Shown: positions 26,258 through 38,110 of the stretch, piece after piece
How positions within the stretch are numbered: position 1 is the first letter of the stretch
How the letters are laid out: the number at the start of each line of letters is the position of its first letter
NCBI GenBank assembly: GCA_965649765.1
Contig: OZ287749.1
Span: 42,904,001 to 42,968,000, forward strand
Source of the DNA: Bispira polyomma
Lineage: Eukaryota
Length of the DNA: 64,000 nt
Reading direction: 5' to 3'
Translations under genes and position numbers: made by a program
Notes under the pieces: model-generated
The model's database searches: none
What the model saw: only the letters and a program-made list of their open reading frames with translations
Told to the model about the DNA's origin: nothing

Positions 26258-27054
26258 GGTATATATTGCATATAGTTGAAGATACAGCCATGTTTCATAT
26301 GCATGAGCCATCCAAATTAAACATGTTCGACTCAAGTTTTACTTGTGATGAGATGAAAAACTCCAGTTGGCTTTTTTAATAAAGGTAAAATCAGTGTAAT
26401 TGTCTCAAATCCGGGTGTACCCACACACTTAATATGAACTGTGGGAACCAATCCCAGAAACCATTTTAACTAAATATATCGAACAACCTTGGCAAATATC
26501 TGGGAGAATATTGAAATTTATGAGAAAAAAACATCTATTAGGTGCAAAAATTATACCAAAATTAGTGTTTTTGACAGAGCAGGACTATAGACAATAATGT
26601 AAATGTAGTAATAGATTTAACTATAAAACATACACATTTTCAAGTACTCATATTGCTAGTAATTTTACTTGGGTTTGACCTAAACAAATCGGTTGTCAAA
26701 TAACAGAGGGGCATCCTGTTACACAACCCTAATAGGTTTTTAGTAACTATATAAGAGCACTATACATTTTTTCACATTATATAACACTTTTTCACTAAAT
26801 ATACTGCTTGAAATAATCTTAGTTTGTAAATAGGAAATAAATTATTTTGCTACGGGTATTACTATAGTACCAAAAATTAATTTTTGCTACTAAAGATATG
26901 GTCTGTGACATCAAATTTTTTTAAAAAACAACACAGAGAACTGGTTTCAAATCCAAAAATTGCTTGTACATAAGTTTTTGTTTTCAGTTCCCAGAATTTC
27001 ATTCAACACGTAAACACTACCATAGATCATCGGTGACATCTCTTACGTCACAAG

Positions 27055-27244
27055 TTAGGTGTAGATCTTAAAGAACTGGGTGGCTTGTTCCTGGCAGTAA
27101 GGACACTTGCGTTCCAGCTCAGACTTCTTGAGGACAAGTTCCGCACAGTCGGTACAGAAGTGATTGTGACCACATGGTAAGAATGCCCCAGTAACTTCAT
27201 TCTTCAGACACACCAGACAGTACTTCTTAGTGCTGGATGAGGAA
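27055..27244 (-). CDS. mex3: mex3 coding exon 4 (RING finger); not in the ORF track
   Basis: Acceptor tatcccttttcag|T; translates [62 protein letters not shown]. Confidence 0.93.
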
Positions 27245-30200
27245 CTGAAAAGGGATACAGGAAAATTAAAAAAACAGCCATCAGTAAAGCTGCAGCAATT
27301 AGTTGTTTAGTCGATGCCTTAATCGCGGGTGGCATATATAAATTAGATAGAGATGTATCGAATCAGGCTGTGCGACTCTATCATGTATATATTACTACCA
27401 ATTGGCCGAATTTTAGTGTGCGAAAAAAAAGCACATTTTCACCTAGAAAAAACATAAACAATACACAAAAATTTAATTTTGTGTTCATTTTACAAGTTAT
27501 ATTGTGGGAAAACACAAAAAAAATAATAGAGTTTGGGTATGCATCTGCATTTTATTTAGTTACAATAAATTTTTGATGCATCAGCTGATGCATCAAGTCC
27601 GAGTGGGCGATAATCGATGCACTTTACACAAACCAACTTGCAGCTTTAGCAATCAATAGACACATTCAACAGCACAACCACCTACTACACTAGTAGTTAT
27701 CACCAGTTTAAAATGGCATCACAATATTACCAAAGTTTTATGATGATATCACGATAATATCACGATTAAAAATGTTTTCATAAAATCCTTGATCTTAATT
27801 TTCCAAATACTATCCACCTTCAATGTTGAAGATTATGACAAACCTATCATCCATTTTCCAAGTGGGAGAAAGTAACTGCCACAAACTGGCTGAAATTTTT
27901 GGCCAATAGGTTCCACATAGCTAAAGTCATTAAGCCACACACCACTTCTGACAATAAATATGGACCTCCTGTATTATTTTTTTAACAGGGGAGTCTGCTG
28001 TACTAACTCCCTGCGAGGAACTGAAGGAAAATAAAAATAATATTCTAAGGGTGTCGACTGCTTGCAGTCAGACATAGGTCGCAAGTGGCGTGGGCTGCTT
28101 GCTTTACAGCATAGGGGTTGAAGGGGTTAATCTAATTGCATTGTGAGGTTATTTTTTCACTTTTTTGTGTAATGTTATAGAAAATACCTACATTTTTATG
28201 CACTTCTTGTTTAAGTTTTTCCCTATAAATAATTTAAAAATTGCCCATAACATTAGCAAACTTGTGCATTAAATTTAGTGGTTTCCACGCAAGTACCTTA
28301 AAACTTATTTGATATCATAATTGCAAATAATATCATAAAAGATTTACCTCAAATTAGTTATTTTTTTGGAAACTTAGAAAGGAAAATCATGCAAGTTCTG
28401 GCTATTTTTTTATGCTTTAAAGGGTAGAGTAATAATGAAAGAGTATATTCGGGTACAAAAAGTACTACTCGTTGTAGCCCTACTCTTTCCTGCCCTTACC
28501 TGTCATATAAAAAGTGAGAAGGTATCCCTGTCATCGGGCTGGTATCTGGTGTTGACACTAAACTCCCCGCCACGCTGTCTGCTGCACTGCTGGTCCCTCC
28601 TCCTGCACAACCACTCCCTCCATTCAAGGTCATCGGTACCAAGGCTGAGGTCAAGGCTGACAGGCTGTTATAGCCCAGCTGGTTGTCATCAAGTGGTGGT
28701 GGTAGAGTAGTAGTAGTATTCCGATTCTGAGCACTGGAAGGCATGGAAGAGGAGTATCCAACCCCGCCCACAGAGGTCGCCAGGAACTTGTCTGTGGTGG
28801 TGGTGGAGGTGGGGGAGCAAGTGAGAGGGAGGCTTTGTTGTGATAAGGAGGGGAAGGGGTTCATACCAGTAACCTTCCTCTGGAGTGGACAGGCTTTGCT
28901 GGTTGGGTTGCTGTTGGTATTGTTTTGGAGACCTTTTTGGGTGAATATAATATAATATGGTAATAATATACAATACAAAAATATTAATAAACCAATGAGC
29001 AATACTGAATAGTGTATATTGTTATACATGTATGTAATAGTCTATTGGTGCTGTAACAGTTATTAGGACCGCCAACAGTTAAGGCCCCACCCTAAATATA
29101 TTGGTTAATAACTTAATATCTGCGAGAAGCAACTTATATTTAAACAGGAATATTGTAGTTTTAAAAACAAACTGACACACTAAATGGACCAGTATATTTA
29201 GTAACTATTTGCAACATATTCAAAAGCAATCTTTAAAGATGGGTTGGCCTTATGTGGGGTTCCCTCCTGGTTCACATTTTTGCATTCTTGAGAGCCGTTT
29301 ACGCCCACTCTCAAAAACTTGTTTGGACTTGAGTAAACGTCTAACATCTGGTCATAAACTGAAGAGATCGGCAAGAACGGGAGGCAGTGTAATCTGGAGC
29401 AAATGTTACATGAATGTGAGGTGAACTGCTTAAAAACTGGTCCGGACATAAACTGATCATAGTAATTGGCCATATATTTATATCCTGGGCTTAAACTAGG
29501 CTTAAACGGGGCATATCCTGGGCATGATCTGGTGAATGGTATGCAAATCAACATTTTCACCACCAAAGTTCTGATGATCGGCTAAACTGGTATAAACGTG
29601 GCTGAGAACGTGATAGTGTGAATGTCCCATTAACTGTTACAGTACCATACTACCAGTACATATATAATTGCAATACATGATACATTAACAAACAAACATG
29701 ACTCTTGACCTTTCGTCAAGTTTCTTGTCATTATTGGGGAAGCTTAACTCATTTTTGTTTGAATATTTTTTTCCTTACATTCTTCTCATTTTTTAAAACC
29801 AGTTAACAAACAAGTTATCAGTTGGTTTTATAACAGGTTGTCGGAAATTCCAACCAAACTGCAGGACTTATCTTAACAAAAACAGCAGCACTCCACCCAC
29901 ATAAGCTTCAACGATGAAAGTTTTAAAAGAACTGTATTATCATCATTGTTGCAAGAAGGAAACTAAGATACAACAAACTGATATAAAATGTGCTAAAATG
30001 CCCAAAAATCAATGGATATGCACCAAAACAAAAGCATGTTTAAAAATTTTAATGGCGTTGAAACATCATGCAGACAGCAGTTATTCTTGATACTATTTGA
30101 TACTATAGTCGAAACTCTTTATGTAGAACTCAACTAATAAATCAAATTCCCTAGGCCTTTATGTGAGAAAGATTTGTGGTTCCACAAAGATAATTTCTAT

Positions 30201-33200
30201 TAAAATTCAGCCTGTTAATTGGAAATTGTGTTTAAATAAAGGTAATTGTCAACTTAAAGCAGTAAACACTAAACAGTCTATTCAACATTGTGGCCATTTG
30301 CCACATTGTACAGTGTATATATTAAACAGCCTACTTTTGAGTGTACAAAAAAAGGAATGAGAAATCATGAGACGGTAGGTCTAAAGCTTTACGAGTCAAA
30401 AATTGAGGAGATATTGCGAGAGCACTATGGAAAAGTAGTCCCCGTACCAGATAACAAAAAACTACCGAAGTACCAAGGAGATGCCGCTATTCAAATTTTC
30501 TGAATTTTTACGATCCTGGGGTACCAGGGGAATAAAGATAACCTGCTCAACTCTCAAATAAGCCTTTAGGAACAGGAAGTTGTATTACTATTGTATTATA
30601 TATTTTTAAGACACTTTATTGATGCGAGGCATCTTCTAAAGCACAACAACTGAATCGATAATCCAATCAATGCAATCATGTGTCCTCCAATATAGCCAAT
30701 TGTTATCATTAGTGAAAAATGACGTGTTCACATCTTGCCTAAAGATATTATCCTACCATTGAGCCTAGCGACTTTAGCAGGAGTCAAACTAGGGACCTTC
30801 TGATCACCAAAACCAATTCTACCCAAGATAACACCCTGTCATCATCAATTGACCACAGTAAGCCCGTATTGCATACAGTAGAATCTCTACTATCTTCCAA
30901 AATTCAAATTTCATTTTTTAAACTCGATATGACAATAATAATCATTTTTGAGAAAGGCAAAAGCCTATACAGTAGAGTCTGTACAAGTAGAACCTCCTAT
31001 ATCCACATGATTTGAGTCTACTTATGGATAATTTTGACTTATACCTACAAAAATAAAGCATTTTGTTCATGTTCGGACCTAAAAACTGGTTCCACTTATA
31101 CCTAAATTTGACTTACACTGGTTGTAGCTGTTATACAAAGTCTACTGTTATTGCACATGTGTTTTACTGAGATGACACCAGTTCCCTTACCAAGTTACCA
31201 TCATGATCATCATTAGACCAGTACCATACAGTAAAGTCAACCAGTATCATATACTTTTAGAAAATGGAAGGGTATCTTATTTGAGTAATGAGCCTATTTG
31301 TTTGACTTTTACCAGTTCCCTTGTAATCATCAGTAGACCAGAAGCAGGTAGATGTCATGGGAGGACTGAGGCTGATGCCTTCATCCACTGGCTTAAGTCC
31401 CTGGCCACCGGGCAGATGGAGAGGATCGGGTATATGATGGCTGCCACCATTGTTCATCATACTCCTCGTCATGTTCATAGTCTTGATGGCATTCTGGAGG
31501 CTGAAATCCGGGCTGACCTTGGGATTCATAAGGGCACCATTGAGTGAATTCAGAGCCGCCAGTGCAGACATGGGATCTTCGTACAGGGAATCTGCTGAAA
31601 AGGAGTTCATTGGTGGTGGAGCTTTAATCTGCTGGTTTCTGTTAAGAAGAGGGTCAGCGTTGATGCCATTGAGGAGGTCTAGTTGGCCTATGTCTCCCAT
31701 GTACTTTGGATCGCACAGCTGACCAGTACGCTCGAAGATATGGTAATACATCAATGCCCTCGCCTGGTAGACATTCTCCTCTTGTCCGGTGACTTCGAAC
31801 ATCGGTTCCTTCTCTCGACTGGGTGTCACAATGTAGGTACTGGTTTTCTGTTGTATCTTCTTGATGGTTGCCCCCTTAGATCCAACCAGGAGACCAACAA
31901 CACGGTAGGGTACTGGCACATTCAGTTTCACTTGCCCGGGGATATTTGGGGATCCTGGACCAACACCTCCGGGCCGTCGGGCTGCCCGGATCTGTGAAAA
32001 GTGATCAGCAGCACTGATGATCTCTGCCATAGCTGCAGCCACATCTTCTTTACGACCCGTGACCACAAACACAGGTTCTTCATCTCTCACTGGGGTCTTA
32101 ATGTAGGTGTTTGTTTTGGCTCTCAGCGCTTTGATTTTACATCCTACCAACAAAAAAATATATATATACATTATCTCATGGTTTTATATTAATATTGTAA
32201 AAGTATATTTGCATATTATATCACATTTAACATTTTGGTTAATTTATATAATATATGAGATTTAGGAAAGCGCCTTATTTTACAATAATATACCAGTACT
32301 GTAAACTGCAGACCACAGATAATTTCATAACTGATGATACTAGAGCTAAGGCTCTAAGAGAATAGTAGATCCATCTGTACACAGGCGTTCATAATACCGG
32401 TCGGGTCAAAATACCGTCAGCTGCAATTTTAAGGAAGCTACTGATGGAAATTATTACTGAAAAGCAAGTGTACTGTATTTTAGGTGATTTGTTTCTATTT
32501 TCCACTTGGTGTTCAGTGTTTACTGTTTTGAAATTATCTAAGCTTACAATCAACATACCAGTGAAAGAAATTATGTAAATTAGATGAATTACTTAATCGT
32601 TGAGAATTACTTCAACTAAAGCAACTAAACCCCCACAAATAGGCCGACACCTTTCAGAAATCTAGGAACAAAATCATTGCAATCCATAAGTTACATACAT
32701 GCATACACCATGTACCATAAGTTGTAACAATTGGCCTGTATTCACAAAGGGACTTAGCCAGGTCTTATGCCTTAATCTAGCACAAAAGTATACTGAGTTA
32801 ATCCTAAGACCAGGCTAAGTCCCTTTGTGAATACAGGCCATGGAGTCCGAATTTTAACAGAATTTTAACATGATTTATGAACCTATTTGCACACCAATAT
32901 TGGTGCCATCAAATTCTGAACGGTCGGCAATTCTGAACGAAAATAAAATCCACTTAATTATTAAAACAAATATTCAACATAAGCAAATATACATGCCATT
33001 ATATTCTATATGACCAAATTGTCTCTTTTCTATCAAAATTTTTAATATTATCAACAAATATAAACCACAATATTAGTTTAACACCTATTTAATTTAAAGT
33101 GGACCAGCTTGTGTCAACAAACAAAATGACGTCATTAACATCTGTTCAGAATTGCCGTCTTCGCTTTTTAACAGTTTGTAATACATTATTTGTCACTTTT

Positions 33201-35987
33201 CTATTAAAACACAGTGATATAAAGTTACTGAAACCTGTAATTGTATTAAATAAGTATTCTTCTTTATTTATATATATGTAATTTATTCGGTACACGGGTG
33301 GTACGAATTCTGGACAGAATTTGAAGGTTTTACTTAAATTTAAGTATGTCACATGAGATATAATAAAAAGTTAAATGGACTGAAATCGGTATACATGAAA
33401 CACTTTTCATACATCAATATCAATGAAAAATCTTTTGACAGATTCTCTAAAATAAGGTTTTAAATTTGTTTATATGTCAAGTCAAGTGGTATAAATTGTA
33501 GACAGTTTTGCGACGAATAGGAAGTGCAAGTCTAAATGCCACCTAGAGATTCAGTTGTGCAGAAATAGCATTTCTGTATGCTTTCTCATCTTATTTCCTG
33601 TTATTACTTATTTTTTCCATAACTTTATTATCAAATCTGAAATAAACAATATTTTATCAGGTCACTGCTTTGCCACCACAAGATGTAAGTATAGATGTAC
33701 TTAAAACACCTATATGCAAATGCAATATATAGGACCAACTTGTATCTCTATCAATGCATTTAAATTATGATTTATTATATATTTTGTTACTTTTTTTCAG
33801 TAAGAAGACATTCGGCAGTGTAGAATAAATTGCAAAATAACGTTAGTTTGTCATGCTAGTTTATGTGTATTTCCTGGTATTTCCATATAATTGTATTTAT
33901 TGTCCAGAATTCGTACCAGCCAGAATTCTTACCACCCGTGTACTTTTTTTAAAGTATTTTGTCTAAAATTTTGTAAAATTACCGAAAAATCGTTCAGAAT
34001 TGCCGACGGTCGTGTAGTGTTAAGCAAAAAGTATCGAAATAGTAAATGTCTAAAAAGCTGAGAATAAATGTCACAGAAATCATTTATTGACTTGAATATT
34101 TTATGACAGTCCACCCACTTTATGTTAAGCCCCCATTGATTATAAGTTATGACGTCACCAGCTTCTACGGTGACATCACATGTCGCTGTGACGTCACACC
34201 ACCTCAGCAGTTGGTGGCCCGAGGGAATTTTACAGGACTACGAAACCATTTCCCGCGGCATTGACAAACTATACACAGAATGAGACATTTAACATATAAA
34301 CCTCAAATGTGTCCCACTACATTAATAAATCGTATTTAGGTCATTTAACATTTTATTTTGGGTGTTTATTAATACTAAATAAATAGTGTTTGACAAAACT
34401 CAATGACATACTGCAGTAGTAATACAGTAGTCTAGGTTAGTCGACACTATTGTTTATTGAAGCTTGCCGTAGTAGAATTCTACCGCGCACTTAACTTTAA
34501 ACCCTTTCCTTAAAATTGATAATTATGATTCGAATGTAACATAATATGAGTGTGATTTTTATATAACAGTGTTTAACCCCACGTGATTTAACCCCACGTG
34601 CAGACGACTCATATCTTGACCAAATATTCTAGGTCAGTAAACATACAGTATATTTTTTGCAAAACGTGCCTGGATTAAGAGTTTGGCTAATCAAATTCAC
34701 CCTTACATATTTATAAGCCTGGAAGCAACACCCTCGGGGATCAGTTGGTATCACTAGTCTGATTTGTTTATAAAAAAAAACCGCGCTTTATCATTTTGGC
34801 GGGAAAAGTCACTTCAGTCGGTAAATTTGTCGTACGGCACGTGTTTGACATTGCATGCGAACAGGAACGCTGTCTGGACATTTAGTTATCAGGAAAGCTA
34901 TGCTGTATATATTATATACTCGGGGCAAATATATAATATAGCTTGTGTATTGTATCCTATATGATGTTCAATATATTGAAAACTATATAAAAAATAGTAT
35001 TACCAAACAGATTCTAACCAGACAAAAGAGTTTTTCTGATTTTTTTTAAATGATGTCAAAAATTATTAAGATAGTTTATTGTAATAGATATGCATTATAT
35101 GAGAATAACTAATGTATATCCGCAATATTTATATATATTCATGAGAGCATTTTGCACAGTTTCGGTGATGTTTTTTTTGTTTTTTTTTAAATAACATGCA
35201 TAAAAACAGTTTTATAGCTTTGTCTTCAAATCAGAATGCACATGACAAATACTTATTAACAAGCTTTTATAAAATTACGTCTGAAATTCAAGTACATGTA
35301 CTATGTATTTGCTGTTATTTCAGCTGTACAGAGGTAAAAAAAAATACAAACATTATATGTAGCCATATCTGCCGCATCCGTAGAAGAAGGGTTTGGAAGC
35401 CTTTTCTACAGATGGGGATAACTGTAGAGCTGTCATCCGTGAAAATATCCACGGGTGCGCGCGGATAGGTCTAGTTCCCCACTTTCAGTTTAATATGAAT
35501 ATTCAATGCTACATTATGTATTATTGCCATATTTTCAAATTGTACATAAACTAATAATAAAAAAAAATACTACACTACCTGTATCTAGTACTCTAATAAC
35601 CTAATATGCTACAACCATCCTAACTTCTGTGAAATTATATAGTGACATAACAAAACACATAACCGGTTGACTGATAAGACTTTAGTAGACATAACACTAA
35701 TCACCCAATAAACTTAAGTAGATCATCTGCTGAGCAAACCACTTGCACTAGTTTAGAGTATTTCAATTATTTTTTGACTGGTAATTTACTCGTTTCAACT
35801 AATAATAAAATATATTATATAGCTATTTATAATATACAGTCTACATACCTTGACGGCCCACGATTTCAGCCACATGTTCACTAGATGGTACCGGAACCGA
35901 TTCAGTGACGTTCGATGATCTCCTCAGTGGTGAAATATCGTCTTTAACTAAACTTCCAGTAGTGTTCATCATAAATCCATTCATCAT
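27055..35987 (-). CDS. mex3: MEX-3 family RNA-binding E3 ubiquitin ligase (2 KH + C3HC4 RING), 4 coding exons, ~530 aa
   Basis: [17 protein letters not shown]|[19 protein letters not shown] (KH1), [20 protein letters not shown] (KH2), CLVC...[11 protein letters not shown]...CPYC (RING). Exons of 139+831+433+190 = 1593 nt stay in frame with GT-AG introns. Confidence 0.93.
27285..27648. mobile_element. hAT-like MITE in mex3 intron 3
   Basis: TIR taaagctgca ... tgcagcttta; degenerate 8-bp TSD gccatcag / gcaatcaa. Confidence 0.7.
28500..28932 (-). CDS. mex3: mex3 coding exon 3 (Ser/Thr/Pro/Gly-rich linker)
   Basis: GC-rich open frame in an AT-rich background. Strong donor GACAG|gtaagg (phase 2). 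The phase-1 acceptor cccaaaaag|GT is weak, so the 5' edge is less certain. Confidence 0.75.
30600..30840 (-). mobile_element. Degenerate tRNA-derived SINE
   Basis: Reverse B-box-like ggagtcaaactagggaccttctgatcac, with a tail-like tttattgatgcg at the left end. Confidence 0.4.
30970..31147. mobile_element. pogo/Tigger-like MITE remnant
   Basis: ta|cagtagagtctgtacaa ... ttatacaaagtctactg. Confidence 0.5.
31313..32143 (-). CDS. mex3: mex3 coding exon 2 (rest of KH1, KH2, linker)
   Basis: Acceptor ttttttgttggtag|GATGT; donor ACTG|gtaaaa (phase 1, weak). Confidence 0.92.
32732..32840. mobile_element. 109-bp near-palindromic MITE in mex3 intron 1
   Basis: tggcctgtattcacaaagggacttagccaggtctta ... 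taagaccaggctaagtccctttgtgaatacaggcca. Confidence 0.85.
32905..34014. mobile_element. Older related TIR element hosting 33293-33940
   Basis: gtcggcaattctgaacga (~32923) is the inverse of tcgttcagaattgccgac (~33990); the right end reads cgtg|ta. Confidence 0.6.
33293..33940. mobile_element. Tc1/mariner-type non-autonomous element with TA TSD
   Basis: ta|cacgggtggtacgaattctgg ... ccagaattcttaccacccgtg|ta. Confidence 0.75.
35368..35474 (+). mobile_element. Minimal non-autonomous Helitron
   Basis: A|TC ... GC-rich hairpin atccacg-ggtgcg-cgcggat ... CTAG|T, with no TSD. Confidence 0.65.
35849..35987 (-). CDS. mex3: mex3 coding exon 1
   Basis: accacgATGATG start; encodes MMNGF...EIVGRQ; donor CAAG|gtatgt, phase 1. 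The start codon choice is inferred. Confidence 0.88.
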
Positions 35988-36074
35988 CGTGGTCACACAA
36001 GTAAGTAACACTTTTATATGACTGTATATACTCAAAACACAATATTGTTTATTAAGCAAAAGTTAATTTACTAC

Positions 36075-36330
36075 TCGGATATATATATATATAAAAATAT
36101 ATAATTTATCCAAATGTCACGTCGTCCCTAAACAAACGTCAACGCAAGAATGAACTTCCTTTGCTCTTTGACATGTTTACATTTAAGTAGACGTTTTTGT
36201 AGACAGTCGTCAGTGAAATTGATTGGTCGCCCGTGTTGATTGACGTGATAACGCACAGCATACGTCAGACGTCTTCGCAAAATGCCACACCCTAATAATC
36301 TATCCAATAATTTAAAAAATGACGACGTAC
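36075..36330 (-). promoter_or_regulatory. Candidate mex3 proximal promoter
   Basis: CpG-enriched patch 100-340 bp upstream of the ATG with CCAAT motifs (~36221, ~36304), several TGACGT half-CRE sites and a TA-rich tract at ~36080. Confidence 0.55.
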
Positions 36331-37055
36331 TTATTTTTATAGACATACTAACGTACACTAATAAGTTAATCACTGTTGAATTCCAAAAATGTTCTATTAA
36401 ATCATATGTAGATTTAATATTAGTTTGATTTGGTGTTGCAAGTTTTGATTTGTAAACTACATTGAGATATTTAAGCCAGACAACCGTTTTATGTAAAAAG
36501 GGGTTTAACCTTGTGTAGACAACATATCAAGATATAAGCATGATATAGGACATTTTAAAAATGAAAAATTCAAGCACCATTTTCTCCTACTATATATGCC
36601 CATGTGGTCCACTTATTGCATTAGACGTCTTTAACAGGGCCCATATATGTATTTGGTACATATATTTGGATTTGGTCAGCAGTTCCACTCCCGAAAGATA
36701 TTGTCAACTTAAACGTTAAAATTTGATCGTTATACATTCATATTTGTTAAGGTTGTGGCATGTCCTACAGGATTCGCCTATGGAGCAACATGAGAACCAG
36801 AGTGATATTGCCCAGACGAGGGCTATTAAAGACTCATGCAGTATTGCTATAAAGCCTGTAGCATCCCTGCAATATGATATTATTATGTATGGATCCAGGG
36901 ATGTCAGCTATAACCCACACCCTATTCCTTTAAATCGTTTTTGGAGCTAGATCTAACCACCTAATTTCTTTCAACATTTATGTTCGCAATACATTCTGTA
37001 AGTGGACACCCCCACTCCCCCTCCCATTACAATATTTCTGGATTGGCCTATGGTT

Positions 37056-37316
37056 AATTTGAATTTGAATTGGGATATTTAACGTCCACTGTAGTACCTG
37101 TTTAGGTTATATTGGGACGGGTAGTTGGAATCGCCAGAGGAAACACTGCATACAGTTGATCAAGGTTCTGCACTAAAACCAACGGCCCACAGTAAGGAAC
37201 TACCACCTTTCCCACAAAGGCATAGACTGGAGTCAAACCCACGCCAGTCAATCCCAGAGGTGAGAGACCATTGATTGTGAAGCAGAATGCTTGCTAACCA
37301 CTAGGCCACCGCCCCC
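37056..37316 (-). mobile_element. tRNA-derived SINE, same family as 47237-47494
   Basis: Full-length reverse-complement match to 47237-47494, including the (caaatt)n tail. Possible TSD ggccta(t/g)ggttaa at 37045-37057 and 37338-37350. Confidence 0.88.
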
Positions 37317-37559
37317 GACCCCCCCCCCCCACACCTAGGCCTAGGGTTAAATTACCCTTTCAGCAATTGTGTATTGTGCCACCAGGGCCATTTAATAGTG
37401 ACAAAAAGCAAAAAAAAACAGTTGTTTAAGATTTCTGAACTATTATCCACCGGCCTTCAACAAGTCTACTACCAACTTTTCAACATAAGTGTGTGAGCGG
37501 AGAAATGACCCTATGATGACTGCAAAATTGGAAGTCATTAGTCTTACTTTGAGATCCCG

Positions 37560-38110
37560 GGACAACACCAGACTTTTTAACAGACTTTGTGCAAAAGGTC
37601 TGCAGCACTACTTCTACTGTCACACCAACCCCTTCTCCCCCACCCCAAGCATTAGACAAGTATTTCAAGGAGAGGGGGTTACTGTCAGACCAGATATTTC
37701 AGTCAGAAAGGCCTCTATAGAGGCACTTCCACTGTCACACCAACCCCTTTTCCAATCATTAAACCAGTATTCAAGGAGAGGGGGGGTTAGATAGTTACTG
37801 TCAAACCAAACATTTTAACAGATTTCCTTGGAAAAGGTGTATAGGGCCACTTCCAGGTCATTTGTATGCAAACATTCCTCAAAAAGCTCTACAGCATAAT
37901 ATACTTCTACTGATACACTGATCCTGCACTCTTCCCCTACTTCCCCCTCTCAATCGTCACACCAGTATCCTGGAGACAGGGTGTGGGGGTGTGGTGGGGG
38001 TTGGGGTGGTGGGTGGGTGGGTATACGCTGTCAGACCAGACATTTTAACAGACTTCCTCAGAATAAGGTGTATCAGTCCACTTCCAGGCCATTTGTATGC
38101 AAACATTGAC
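37560..38110. repeat. Imperfect local repeats
   Basis: Recurring actgtcagaccag.cattttaacaga and ccacttccagg.catttgtatgcaaacatt (37848 and 38078). Confidence 0.7.

Noticed and set aside
31203-32192. Plus-strand ORFs overlapping mex3 exon 2, and alternative frames at 28435-28973
   Set aside because: They are antisense or shifted shadows of GC-rich coding exons, with no recognisable domains.
35988-36059. Longer mex3 N-terminus from the ORF track (MLNKQYC...)
   Set aside because: It starts at a TTG in AT-rich UTR-like sequence; the first ATG in good context is at 35987.
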